A stretch of DNA of 64,000 nt from Candidatus Latescibacterota bacterium (GTDB taxonomy: Bacteria; Latescibacterota; UBA2968), in the NCBI GenBank assembly GCA_965204375.1, contig OZ241986.1, forward strand, positions 1,504,001-1,568,000, written 5' to 3'. The notes below the pieces were generated by a model. That model was not told where the DNA came from and searched no databases. It saw only the letters and a list, made by a program, of their open reading frames with translations. Position numbers and translations under genes: made by a program. Shown in pieces: positions 37,863 to 47,648 of this stretch (positions are counted from its first letter, which is position 1; each line of letters opens with the position of its first letter).

Positions 37863-39563
37863 TCACAGCGCGAGGGCAACGCCTATGCCGACGATGGGAA
37901 TGAGCAGGTATTTGAGAATCCCGCTGCGTTTCCCCTGGATGTTCCCGAGGATGGATGTTTCCAATTTTTTATTTCCTGATTTGTAATACAGGCATTCTGC
38001 ACCAGGAGTCGCGGCAATGGCAGTAACGCCGGGCCAAACGGGTTTGATGCTGCCCGTGGGATAGAGAATGATATTTTCGCGATGGCGTTTGTAATCGCCC
38101 ATTTTGACCAGAAGCGCGTATTCTCGTCCAAAAGTAACTTGATCGGGCTGAACAATAGGGCCAAGTTCGTCCCCGACGACGGTTTGCAAGAGAACCGTAT
38201 CCGACCTGGTTTTAGCGGTAGGCAACCACAGGCTGACGCGCGGTGAGATGGGTAGAAAAGTGGGGGCATCGGAAACTCGGAATGAAATGGGAATGGCCAT
38301 GTTTTGCGTATCTTTGAGCATGTAATGGCCTTTGGGAAGGGTGAGAGAAAACTCTTGCTCCCGATTGGCGATATTCTCGTTCAAGATGTGTTCGGCAAGG
38401 GTAGTGAGGCTATCGTACATGGCCTGTTCGTGCGAGGAGGTGGCCGGGGGCACGGGTGCTTCTCGCGTGAAGCGCACCTGTTCAAAGCGCAGGGTTTTGG
38501 GAGGCAGGTTGCGACTGGCGAGATAGGCCGCATTTACGTTGACATCTAATCGACCGAGGCGCGTGTGCCATTGTTCGGCAAAGCGCGTGAGATCGCCCAA
38601 GCGGGACTCGTTTTCCCCTGGAAGGGGATTGGGTTCTTGTTCAATGGGAAAAGGAGAACGCTCTCGGGCTTCTCGGAAAAGCGCGTGCGCTTCTGAGAAG
38701 CGGCGGTATTTGCCGAGCACAATACCATGGTACACATCAATTTGCGCGAGGGCGCGCAGCACGCCGATATCGCTTTGTCCCAGGCGACTCAGCGTGAGTT
38801 CTAATTCGCGCGTCTGGTGGCTATAGTATTTCAGGTCTTCGATAAAAGGCGTCAGGCGCGGGTCGCTGAGGCAGATAGACGCATTGGTTTCAACCGCGGG
38901 GACTGTTTCGCCAATGGCCAGGGCAGCGGTGAGGAGTTGCGCGCTTTCGGCGAGGTATTGGTCTGCGATATCCACGAGACCGGGGATGGACAATTCCGTG
39001 AGTGGTAGCGGATTGCGGGTAAGCCTAATTTCTATGAGTTTGCCACGCGGGGGCAGAAAGAGGTCTTGTTCGATGAGGTTAAAACCGGTTTTGCTGATTT
39101 CGAGGCGGTATTTGCCCACAAAAAGGTCTGACTCATAAGCCACATTGCCGCGTCCGATATTGATAAACCCGGTGATGGTCGTGTCTTGATCTGCAAACCG
39201 AAGGTGGATTTCTGCGCCTAAGGCCGCGAGTTGATCGGATCGTATCTCCAGATGCGCTTTCTGACGTATGAGCGCGATATGCACCGTATCTGCCAAAACG
39301 GTTGTCGTAAATGTGCGCGTCCAGGGCTGGTAGCCGTGTGCATACGCCTGAATTTTATCGCCAATATCCAGTAGCTTTTCTGTGACAAATGGCGTATAAC
39401 CCGCTTCCTGCCCATTGATGAAGACCTGGGCACCTGTGGGTTCTGAGCGAATGTGGATTTTCGTCTTGAAAAGCATCCTCGGCGCAGGCTCTGTTTCTTG
39501 AGCCTGGATGTGGAGCGGTGTGGTCAGCAGGATGCAAAATAAAATGAATCTCAGGGTGTTCAT
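37863..39563 (-). CDS. PEGA-domain exported protein with C-terminal hydrophobic anchor
   Basis: Signal peptide MNTLRFILF, PEGA motif IRSEPTGAQVFING...GYTP, GKYRLEISKTGF, and C-terminal KYLLIPIVGIGVALAL. ATGA overlap with the upstream gene. Confidence 0.8.
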   Translation of the reverse strand: MNTLRFILFCILLTTPLHIQAQETEPAPRMLFKTKIHIRSEPTGAQVFINGQEAGYTPFVTEKLLDIGDKIQAYAHGYQPWTRTFTTTVLADTVHIALIRQKAHLEIRSDQLAALGAEIHLRFADQDTTITGFINIGRGNVAYESDLFVGKYRLEISKTGFNLIEQDLFLPPRGKLIEIRLTRNPLPLTELSIPGLVDIADQYLAESAQLLTAALAIGETVPAVETNASICLSDPRLTPFIEDLKYYSHQTRELELTLSRLGQSDIGVLRALAQIDVYHGIVLGKYRRFSEAHALFREARERSPFPIEQEPNPLPGENESRLGDLTRFAEQWHTRLGRLDVNVNAAYLASRNLPPKTLRFEQVRFTREAPVPPATSSHEQAMYDSLTTLAEHILNENIANREQEFSLTLPKGHYMLKDTQNMAIPISFRVSDAPTFLPISPRVSLWLPTAKTRSDTVLLQTVVGDELGPIVQPDQVTFGREYALLVKMGDYKRHRENIILYPTGSIKPVWPGVTAIAATPGAECLYYKSGNKKLETSILGNIQGKRSGILKYLLIPIVGIGVALAL

Positions 39564-40948
39564 GGGGAGGTGTCCTGTTTTTTGCTGAGCAACGCGCTGC
39601 TGTGCTTTTCTTCGAGTTGACGCGCTTGCACATAGTTGCCCTGACTTTTGGCGATGCGATGAAATTCTTTCCAGTAGCGTTCTGGCGCAATGCGATAGGC
39701 CATTTCCGCGGCCTGGTATGCTCTCGCTCCCACATTTTGCAGGTCGGAGTTGAAATAGGCAATCGCCAGGGTGATCAGGGCTTCGCCGCGGTCTTGCCAT
39801 CCAAAGGATGTCACGGGATAAATGGTTGAAATCGCCTCGCGGTACGCGCCTTCTTTGAGTCTTACACTCGCCAAACTGAGCGAAAGCCCGCCATAGGTAT
39901 CGCACACTCTCGGTTCGTATTGGTTGTGCGCGTATGCGTACTTGGCATATTCAACGGCTCTGGGCAAGTCGTCTCGGTACGCGGTGAAGGCCATGTCGAG
40001 ATAGAGGGCGGCGCGAGAGGTGTCGGATCTCGCATAGACCAAGGCGCGTTGCATGGCGTGGATTGCGCGGTTGGCTTCTTCTTCTTTGCTGTGGCGCAAT
40101 CCCTTGAGGCGGTAGATGGCACAGCGCATGTTATAGCCGCCGTCAAAGCGCGCGGCAGCGAGCACTTGATTGAACCAGTCGGGGTTATCGCCCAAAACGC
40201 CGCGGGAAGATGCGGCGGCAATTTTGGGGATGTAAAAATCGGGTTCTATGCCTTCAAAATTGGCCTGTCCGGCGATCTCGATCAGGTTCAGGCTGTTTTC
40301 GATATAGACGCTTAAATAAGCCTGAAGGGTGTCACTCATGGTGCTGCGTTGCGGCGCGGCATAGACAATTTCCTTTTGCGTTCTGCCGAGAATCGCCATC
40401 CAAATGTCGCGCAGACCACCCTCTGCGAGATGCCATATTCGGTGCAGGGAGTCAATTGTTGCGGGTTGAAAGCGCGTGGGTATCCAGGTGCTGTCTCGCA
40501 ATACTGGCGGGGGCAAATCCAGCGGCAGAGGTTGGCGATTGTTTTCGCGCTCAAGCACGAAGTTGGCACGCGCCATCGCATATTTGACGGTGAGACGTCC
40601 CAATTCGTAGCGAATATCGGGGTCTTGCTCGCGGTCGAGCGCCGTGCGGTAGGCGTCGGCACTTTTTCTGAGCAGGTCCAATCGGTTGGGCACCTCTTGA
40701 CCCGTGTCGTAGGCACGCTCGCCTGCCGTGCCCAGCCAGATATAATAGGCACTGGTAAAGATGAGGGCCTGGTTGCACGCACGCTCAAAATGTGCGACGG
40801 CTTCAATATATCGCCCAAGCGCGTAAGCACTGCGGCCCTGCTCAAAAGACTGATAGGCGAGGCTGTCATCCTTTCCCTGCGCAAAAGAAAGGGCTGGCAA
40901 AATCAAAAAAGCGAAGATAAGGAAGATTTTTTTCATAAGCGACCTCAC
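39560..40948 (-). CDS. Exported TPR-like protein
   Basis: Signal peptide MKKIFLIFAFL (ATG 40936), then Ala/Tyr-rich helical repeats such as FEQGRSAYALGRYIEAVAHFERA. Confidence 0.75.
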   Translation of the reverse strand: MRSLMKKIFLIFAFLILPALSFAQGKDDSLAYQSFEQGRSAYALGRYIEAVAHFERACNQALIFTSAYYIWLGTAGERAYDTGQEVPNRLDLLRKSADAYRTALDREQDPDIRYELGRLTVKYAMARANFVLERENNRQPLPLDLPPPVLRDSTWIPTRFQPATIDSLHRIWHLAEGGLRDIWMAILGRTQKEIVYAAPQRSTMSDTLQAYLSVYIENSLNLIEIAGQANFEGIEPDFYIPKIAAASSRGVLGDNPDWFNQVLAAARFDGGYNMRCAIYRLKGLRHSKEEEANRAIHAMQRALVYARSDTSRAALYLDMAFTAYRDDLPRAVEYAKYAYAHNQYEPRVCDTYGGLSLSLASVRLKEGAYREAISTIYPVTSFGWQDRGEALITLAIAYFNSDLQNVGARAYQAAEMAYRIAPERYWKEFHRIAKSQGNYVQARQLEEKHSSALLSKKQDTSP

Positions 40949-42312
40949 GAATTGCTCAGGGCGCGGTTGAGAAAGCGGATGCCCCTGCGCACTTCGGTTT
41001 CTATGTGAAGGGCTTTGTCTATGCCCGAGCGTGCAAAAATCTGAATGTCGTCGAGTTGGCCCAGCCGAAATGTGAGAACAAATGCAACACCGTCGGCAAA
41101 TTGTATTCTGGCTTTGTCTGGAGCCAATGTGAGTTGGGCATTTTCATATATTCTGCTTTGAGGCGTTTTCAGGCGAGAAAGTGCGCGCTGGATACGGGTC
41201 AGGCGCACGAGTTCTGCCGAGAGACCAGCCGATGTATGAAAGTTGGAAAAACCAATGCGTCCAGCAGGCCGGTAGCCTTTGAGATCGGTGGATTCTGCTT
41301 GTTGCTCGGGCTGATCTTTGCCTGCGCTCGAGCCAGTTGATGGCAATGTGGCAGGGGCGGGCATACTCATAGTGGCGCGAGCGACATGGACTTCTGGCCG
41401 CGAACCAAAAAACGACGATGGGTTCGCACCTCTGTCCATGTTGGGTGTCGAGACGCGAGGCGGTGTTTTCAATCCACCGAGCGACATGCCGAGCGGCTTA
41501 TCGAGTTGGCGCGGGATATCGGGTAGTGATGCAAGTGCCAGTTTCGGTTTGTCCGGTAGCGCGATTTTGGGACGCGGCGCAGGCTCTGGGGCAGCCTGTA
41601 CCCGGGGTTCTGGATCCGGTTTTGTTACGCTGGCGTCCTCCCGCGTGTTTTTGCTCATGTCAAAGATGCCCTGCGCGCTAACGAGCATTTCTTCAAAATT
41701 TGTGACAATGGCTTTGAATGCCCGCCCCTCCTGAGGGGGACTGAGTGCCAATAGCAAGACGATGCCCAGTGCAAACGCACCGGCCAATGCGGGCAAAAAA
41801 CGTTGTTGTGTGCGTTGAATAGGGGCATAGGATAAGCGAATGGACTGCGGTTGAGAAGCTGGCACCTGGACAGGGACAAGGGCGATGGCGATTTCTATTT
41901 CATGTCGGCGATTGGGGTAATGCGTCCAAAGTTTGGAAAGCCCCAGATAATTCTGCTTGGTCACAAGCGCGCATGCTTCGTGGAAGATATGGCCCTTGTA
42001 GAAGCGGTTGATAATTTCGCGTGAGGGCAACTTGAAATGGCTCGATGGCGAAATCTGTCCTATGCGCTCCTCGATGCTGTCAGTTTCCGATGGAGGGACA
42101 TACCCCAGGTCTCGCAACTGTTTGAAGAGGTGTTCGATGGCCCGATGATAGTCGCTTGTAAAGTCTTCGGACGAGGGATAATTACATGCTCGGCGCGCCT
42201 CAGATAAGTTGCGAGCGCGCAGTGTGGCAGATAACACGCCAAAGAGTTTGGGATGATCCCGTCGCATGCTTTCAGCAGCACTCTGAATCAAATTTTTTTC
42301 ACGGGGAGACAT
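40945..42312 (-). CDS. TonB/TolA-like single-TM protein with extended cytoplasmic N-terminus
   Basis: About 170-aa soluble N-terminus, TM FLPALAGAFALGIVLLLAL, Pro-rich linker KPDPEPRVQAAPEPAPRPK, globular C-terminus. Follows the exbD-like gene. Confidence 0.55.
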   Translation of the reverse strand: MSPREKNLIQSAAESMRRDHPKLFGVLSATLRARNLSEARRACNYPSSEDFTSDYHRAIEHLFKQLRDLGYVPPSETDSIEERIGQISPSSHFKLPSREIINRFYKGHIFHEACALVTKQNYLGLSKLWTHYPNRRHEIEIAIALVPVQVPASQPQSIRLSYAPIQRTQQRFLPALAGAFALGIVLLLALSPPQEGRAFKAIVTNFEEMLVSAQGIFDMSKNTREDASVTKPDPEPRVQAAPEPAPRPKIALPDKPKLALASLPDIPRQLDKPLGMSLGGLKTPPRVSTPNMDRGANPSSFFGSRPEVHVARATMSMPAPATLPSTGSSAGKDQPEQQAESTDLKGYRPAGRIGFSNFHTSAGLSAELVRLTRIQRALSRLKTPQSRIYENAQLTLAPDKARIQFADGVAFVLTFRLGQLDDIQIFARSGIDKALHIETEVRRGIRFLNRALSNS

Positions 42313-42320
42313 ATTCTATT

Positions 42321-42851
42321 TTACAACTTTCTTTTTTGACTTTCAAGCCCCCATTGCACAGTCTTAAATCCGCTGTTGTTGAGGGCGTCGTACACACCAA
42401 CGGTATAAGTCACGGTTGCATCGCGTTCAAAATAGAGGCGCACCAAAATGTCATTGGGCGCAAATCCATGTTGCGCTTGTAGTGTGAGTAAAGCTTTTTT
42501 TACGGACAAAAATACAGCGCGTTCAATGCCGATCTGGTCGTTGTCTGCGCGGTCTTGAAAGACCATGTGTTCTTCGGTGGCAACGCCGCCTTTGTCAAAT
42601 TGCACATAGGACTTCCCGATGATGATCTGTAAAAATCGTTCATCTGTGGGGTGGGGAGCAGAGCCTTTTTCATCGGGTGCTTTGATAAAATTGAGTTTTT
42701 GTGCGTGAACAAAGCGGTTGTGCAAATTGGCGAGATGGGTTTGCCATACGTTCTGTATAATAAAAAATGTAAGCAACAAAAACAAGACGTCAATAAACCC
42801 TTCCCCAGTGTCTAAAAGTGCTGCCAAAGGTCGCCTATTGCGATGTCTCAC
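42321..42851 (-). CDS. ExbD/TolR family protein
   Basis: Basic N-terminus, TM with conserved Asp (FIDVLFLLLTFFII), C-terminal VGVYDALNNSGF. Confidence 0.8.
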   Translation of the reverse strand: MRHRNRRPLAALLDTGEGFIDVLFLLLTFFIIQNVWQTHLANLHNRFVHAQKLNFIKAPDEKGSAPHPTDERFLQIIIGKSYVQFDKGGVATEEHMVFQDRADNDQIGIERAVFLSVKKALLTLQAQHGFAPNDILVRLYFERDATVTYTVGVYDALNNSGFKTVQWGLESQKRKL

Positions 42852-42852
42852 G

Positions 42853-44127
42853 TCAATCTCCTATTTCTTTCTTTTCGTCTGTATCTATCTGATAAAAGTG
42901 CTGAATCAGGTTGAGCATGCGCGCCCGATGTTGCAGACTGCGGGCTTTGGTTTTGCGTATGAGGATCATGGATAGAATGCGCCCGAGAAACCCAATGGCT
43001 GTGGTAACGAGGGCAAAGTTGATATAATGCGCCATTTTGAGCTGGGTTTGAGCTGGGCCTTCACCGACTTTCATGGTGTCTTCTAAAATTTTGAAGGCGT
43101 CTATCATGCCAACAACCGTGCCCAAAAGACCCATGGAGAGCGATAAAAGCCCCAACATGCCAAATCCTTCGGATAGGCGATCTTCAATTTCATCAAAGAG
43201 AAGATAGATTTTGTCGGTGCATCGCTCGACCAATCGCGCCTGGTCAGATGCGATTTCAGATTCGACAGATGTGAGAATGGCATAGAGTTCTGTATTTTCA
43301 GACAGGGCATAATCGGCGTTGTATTGCCCGCCCCATAGCAGGTTAATGCCCTGCTTCTGAACGATTTGCGCGTCGGAATTCGTAAAGAAACGGTCGGGGG
43401 ATAAGTCGTGAGATAAGACCTGAGCATAGCGCACAACCATATAGAAGGGCAGGGCAATCAAGAGCAGGATCAAAACAGTAGAAAGTGGACCGCTGATGTT
43501 GGAGATATATCGTCCGATAGATTCGGCCAGATCACCGCCGCGAACAACTGTGGGTACGGCATTGTCGGCTGCAAACGCGATTTGGATGTCCTCAAACTTG
43601 TATTCGACCATCTGCGTATTAGGCGCAATGGGACCATCGGCTGTCTGGTCAAAGTCCATCGCATAGCTTCGGTTGTTGTACTGAAAGCTCAAATCGTCGA
43701 TCACGGCGCTGTGGCTGGCGTTGCGCGTGCGGATGACGAGGCTATCGACGGACAGGTCGGGTATTGCGATCCATTCGCGTTGCGTACCAGCGTGATAGGT
43801 CGAATCACGCCCCTGTGTGTGTACGATCACGGCGATGGGTAAAAAGCGATCTACATTCTTGAAGCGAATGTCCGCGACTGCAATTTTTTGTTCGGGATTG
43901 TCAGGTTGTTGGAATGTGACGGTAAGTGCTTTCCAAAAAGTTCCCCCCTGAAGGACTTGCCCGCCTTGCAGCCCAGTGATGGCTCCATCGAGCCAGATTG
44001 CCGCTTTTGTGCAGATATAGAGGCCGACAAAGAGGGTAGCGAGATAGAGTGCTACCTGGGCAATGGGACTTTTTTTTAGAATGGGATGATTTAGAATCTG
44101 TGCCATGTATTCTCGGTATTTGGACAT
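42853..44127 (-). CDS. MotA/TolQ/ExbB proton-channel protein with large N-terminal periplasmic domain
   Basis: GLLGTVVGMIDAF and ALVTTAIG motifs; extra TM plus about 170-aa beta-rich domain. Confidence 0.88.
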   Translation of the reverse strand: MSKYREYMAQILNHPILKKSPIAQVALYLATLFVGLYICTKAAIWLDGAITGLQGGQVLQGGTFWKALTVTFQQPDNPEQKIAVADIRFKNVDRFLPIAVIVHTQGRDSTYHAGTQREWIAIPDLSVDSLVIRTRNASHSAVIDDLSFQYNNRSYAMDFDQTADGPIAPNTQMVEYKFEDIQIAFAADNAVPTVVRGGDLAESIGRYISNISGPLSTVLILLLIALPFYMVVRYAQVLSHDLSPDRFFTNSDAQIVQKQGINLLWGGQYNADYALSENTELYAILTSVESEIASDQARLVERCTDKIYLLFDEIEDRLSEGFGMLGLLSLSMGLLGTVVGMIDAFKILEDTMKVGEGPAQTQLKMAHYINFALVTTAIGFLGRILSMILIRKTKARSLQHRARMLNLIQHFYQIDTDEKKEIGD

Positions 44128-44254
44128 TTAATAGGGAATCTCCGCGTATTAGTATTAGAAACTAATTTGCGAAATTTAAGGCTTTATTCCGAAATTATCC
44201 ACCAAAACTTTTAACCATACGGGGTGAAATTGATTCGCTTCTGACAACTGAAAG

Positions 44255-44301
44255 AAGCCCCATCTGAAATTGCTTGCACGATCTCGGATGGGGCTTTTTT
44301 T
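44255..44301. terminator. Hairpin terminator downstream of the cupin gene
   Basis: AAGCCCCATCTGA...TCGGATGGGGCTTTTTTT. Confidence 0.7.
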
Positions 44302-44318
44302 ATACTCATCATTTCTTT

Positions 44319-45050
44319 TTATGCAGCGATAATCATATAGCTCAACCATTCGCTGTGGGGATTTTTGATGTGATAGGATGTGCCGGAGGGTATGTGGACC
44401 ACGTCGCCTTCTGTGATGTGCTGTTCGCCATCGGCTGTGACGAGAATACCCTGGTTTTCGAGAATCCAGAAGCCGAGTTCTATCTCGTCGTAACATCGCT
44501 GAATACTTTGCTGGCCGGGTTGCACGGCTTCGCGGTCGATGAAGGCGATGGATTTTAAGCATCCCGTGTTTTCTTCGCCGACAGGGCCGAGTTGATGCCA
44601 GCGAATCGCGCCCGCGCCATCGCTTACGGGTAAAACGTCTTCCCAGTTGCGAATAACACATTCGCCTCCGGGTGCAGTGTCGATATTTTTGCTGAGGACG
44701 AGGTGCTCGAGCCATTCGTCATTCATGTCGTTGAACATCTGATGGTAAATATCGGCGGGCAAATACACGGCGTCGCCAGGGCGCACGGTAAAGCGGTCCT
44801 CCCCAACGAGGACTTCACCGCTGCCGCTGATGATATAATACGCCTGTTCGGTTTTGGGGTGTTTGTGGTGGTCAGAGGTTTTACGCCCTTGAAGTCCGTG
44901 TTTGACGATGCCCTGAATGTTGTGCAACTGCGGTGAGTCGTCTTCATCGTGTTTGGGTGTCGCATTTCTCTGTCTTAATCCCGGCCAGCGAATCGCGCTC
45001 AGGTGCGCCACTTCGGGTTGCTGGTCTCGCCAGTTTTTGATGTATGCCAT
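44319..45050 (-). CDS. Bicupin protein
   Basis: HKHPKTEQAYY...PGDAVYLPADIYH and a second repeat EGDVVHIPSGTSY. Confidence 0.85.
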   Translation of the reverse strand: MAYIKNWRDQQPEVAHLSAIRWPGLRQRNATPKHDEDDSPQLHNIQGIVKHGLQGRKTSDHHKHPKTEQAYYIISGSGEVLVGEDRFTVRPGDAVYLPADIYHQMFNDMNDEWLEHLVLSKNIDTAPGGECVIRNWEDVLPVSDGAGAIRWHQLGPVGEENTGCLKSIAFIDREAVQPGQQSIQRCYDEIELGFWILENQGILVTADGEQHITEGDVVHIPSGTSYHIKNPHSEWLSYMIIAA

Positions 45051-45148
45051 ACTTGCCTCTCATAAGATTGGAAGGATTTGCGGGCTACTTAAGTTAATAC
45101 GATTGTCTTATGTCGCAATTTAAAAATTTGCACAGGAGGAGATTGACG

Positions 45149-46609
45149 ATGCATGATCCCTATTCACTGATTGGCGTACGTTCATTTATCAATTGCTGTG
45201 GTACGCGAACAATTCACGGAGGGACGCTGATGTTGCCGCAGGTGCGCGAAGCGATGATGGCTGCTTCGCGTTTTTTTGTCAATATGGATGAACTCATGGC
45301 GGGGGCAGGTAAGCGTTTATCCACGCTCACGGGAGCGGAGTGGGGGATGGTAGCCTCAGGCGCGGCGGCATGCCTGTGTCACGCAACAGCGGCCTGTGTG
45401 ACGGGTGGTGATCCTGAGTTGATGTTTCGGTTGCCCAATACGAGTGGGATGAAGCGCGAGGTCGTCATACCCAGAGAAAGTCGATTTACCTATGATCACG
45501 CCATTCGTTCGGTGGGCGTGACAATCGTAGAGGTGGATAATCTCAAGGAAATGGACGCGGCACTCGATCGAGAACAGGTGGCTATGGTTGCTTTGTTGGG
45601 GACCTGGGAAGCGGATATGACGCTCGAAGCGATTGTTGACATGGCGCGCCCGAGAGGTATCCCCGTGCTGGTCGATGCAGCGTCGGAGCATCTCCAATCT
45701 CCTGAACCATATACCAGTCGCGGGGCGAATTTGGTCGCTTATAGTGGGGGCAAATACCTGCGCGGACCTCAGCCTACGGGATTGTTATTAGGCGATCGCG
45801 ACCTCGTCGAGGCCGCCTGGGTACACGCTGCACCGCATCACACGCTTGGGCGCGCGATGAAGATCGGCAAAGAGGAGGTTATGGGCATTTTGGCGGCTGT
45901 GGAATATCTGCTGGCGGAACGCGATCTCGAGCGGGAACTGGAGGGCTGGATTGCCGATCTCGAGATGATTGCGCGGCATGTGATGCGCGTATCGGGTGTA
46001 GAAGCTGAAATTCTCGCACCTGATCAGTTAGATGTTCCCCGGTTGGAAATCCGTTGGGATGGAGATCGCATTGGTCTGACAGGTCTTGAATTGCGCGAAC
46101 AACTTTTGTGTGGTGATCCACGCATTGTGCTGGATGATCGCGGGGCAACGAATACATCTATTTTTATTTTGCCGTTTTCGCTACAACCCGAGGAAGCAGA
46201 TATTGTTGGCAGACACATTCGCGACGCGTTATCCCACGCGCCTTTGCCCTCAAAAGAAAAGGCGCGAAAATCCGTTGATGTGTCGGGTGCATGGGAAATT
46301 GAAATTGCGCTGGTGAGAAAAACAGCGCGTCATCGCGTGGATATCGAGGAGCTTGCTGGCGTTTTAACGGGTACTCACCAGACGCGATGGCTAAAAAATT
46401 CGCTGAACGGCTCGGTGAATGGAGATGAAATCGCATTTACGAGCCAGCATCGTTTTGAGGGAACCCATCTATCTTATCGATTTGTGGGAACAGTGTCGGG
46501 TGACGAAATGCGCGGCGAAGTTGAAATGGGCAGTTCGGGGCAGTCTGCCCCCGGGCCGTTGAATCAGCGGGAATATGGCACTGCGAGATGGCGGGCGGTG
46601 AAGCGATAG
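45149..46609 (+). CDS. SelA/DgaE-like PLP-dependent enzyme with extra C-terminal beta domain
   Basis: INCCGTRTIHGG, LVDAASE, YSGGKYLRGPQ and GRAMKIGKEE motifs. Confidence 0.8.
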   Translation: MHDPYSLIGVRSFINCCGTRTIHGGTLMLPQVREAMMAASRFFVNMDELMAGAGKRLSTLTGAEWGMVASGAAACLCHATAACVTGGDPELMFRLPNTSGMKREVVIPRESRFTYDHAIRSVGVTIVEVDNLKEMDAALDREQVAMVALLGTWEADMTLEAIVDMARPRGIPVLVDAASEHLQSPEPYTSRGANLVAYSGGKYLRGPQPTGLLLGDRDLVEAAWVHAAPHHTLGRAMKIGKEEVMGILAAVEYLLAERDLERELEGWIADLEMIARHVMRVSGVEAEILAPDQLDVPRLEIRWDGDRIGLTGLELREQLLCGDPRIVLDDRGATNTSIFILPFSLQPEEADIVGRHIRDALSHAPLPSKEKARKSVDVSGAWEIEIALVRKTARHRVDIEELAGVLTGTHQTRWLKNSLNGSVNGDEIAFTSQHRFEGTHLSYRFVGTVSGDEMRGEVEMGSSGQSAPGPLNQREYGTARWRAVKR

Positions 46610-46627
46610 GCCACTTGAGGACTGGGG

Positions 46628-47620
46628 TTATCTGGAAACAGATACGGTTTTCCCAGTTTTACCCGATTCCATTGCCGCAAAAATGAGTGCCATTGTTTTG
46701 CGTACATCACGAGCTGATGCTTGCGCGAGGGGGCGGTTGTCGCAGATGGCGGTGAGAAATTCGAGGTGAATAGTGGGTTCGCCAGCAAGGTGAACGGTTT
46801 CGGGTATGTGCTGTTCTTTGCCATTGAGCAATAAAGGTCCGCTGGTGCTGTTGAGGTGAATGACGCCTTCATCGCCCATTACGGTCCATTCCGTGCCTGC
46901 ACGATGATGAAATGAGAGGGCGCAGTTGAGGATGGCATTACTTTCTGTTGTGGCGATGAGGGAGACTTCGTCTTCGATGTCGATATCGGGGTGTGGATCG
47001 ATATTTTGCACGATTGCCGAGACGGATACGGCTTTTTCATCCATCCACCACAAGAGTACATCGAGCGAGTGAACGCCAATGCCGGGGAGAATGCCGCCCG
47101 ACAATTCCTGGCGCGCAAACCAGCTATTTTCGTCGCCGCCGCGTCCCGACCCAAGTCTGCGGTGGATGACGTGGCGAATTTTTCCCACAGCTTTTTCTTC
47201 GAGGAGCTTTTTGACCTGTCGAATCGCTGTTGAAAAACGCTGGCTCTGTCCAGACATGAGCAATTTGCCTCTGGCTTCGGCTGTAGCGATCATGTCATCG
47301 ACATCTGCGAGGGTAAGCGCCATGGGTTTTTCAATGAGGGTGTGCAATCCCTTTTCCAGACAGGCAATGGTGTAATCGCGGTGCAGGAAGTTGGGTACGG
47401 CAATGATTGCAGCATCTGCTTCCACGTTTGTAAGCGCGTCGTCGAGGCTGTCAAAGGTAGTTGACACACCATATTGGGTTTTTAGATTATTGCGTGCGTC
47501 TTCGGATGAATCAACACCGGCGACAATGATGCCGAGTTCTCCCAGGGATTCTAAACCGCTGGCATGGCCCAAAGCCATGCGTCCGCAACCGACGAGCAAA
47601 ATGCGAATAGGGGTTTTCAT
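46628..47620 (-). CDS. Gfo/Idh/MocA oxidoreductase
   Basis: VGCGRMA, IEKPMA and GGILPGIGVHSLD motifs. Confidence 0.9.
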   Translation of the reverse strand: MKTPIRILLVGCGRMALGHASGLESLGELGIIVAGVDSSEDARNNLKTQYGVSTTFDSLDDALTNVEADAAIIAVPNFLHRDYTIACLEKGLHTLIEKPMALTLADVDDMIATAEARGKLLMSGQSQRFSTAIRQVKKLLEEKAVGKIRHVIHRRLGSGRGGDENSWFARQELSGGILPGIGVHSLDVLLWWMDEKAVSVSAIVQNIDPHPDIDIEDEVSLIATTESNAILNCALSFHHRAGTEWTVMGDEGVIHLNSTSGPLLLNGKEQHIPETVHLAGEPTIHLEFLTAICDNRPLAQASARDVRKTMALIFAAMESGKTGKTVSVSR

Positions 47621-47648
47621 CGCGTTCTCCGTTTACTGAATGGGTTGA

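Noticed and set aside
39564-39905. N-terminal extension of the 680-aa ORF
   Set aside because: It overlaps the TPR gene. The signal peptide and ATGA coupling place the start at 39563.
42321-44127. Zorya ZorAB or flagellar MotAB
   Set aside because: The partner is ExbD-like without an OmpA/peptidoglycan-binding domain, and the A subunit lacks the long ZorA cytoplasmic tail.
45149-46609. Selenocysteine synthase selA
   Set aside because: No selB, selD or tRNA-Sec nearby. Motifs fit the SelA-like/DgaE group instead.
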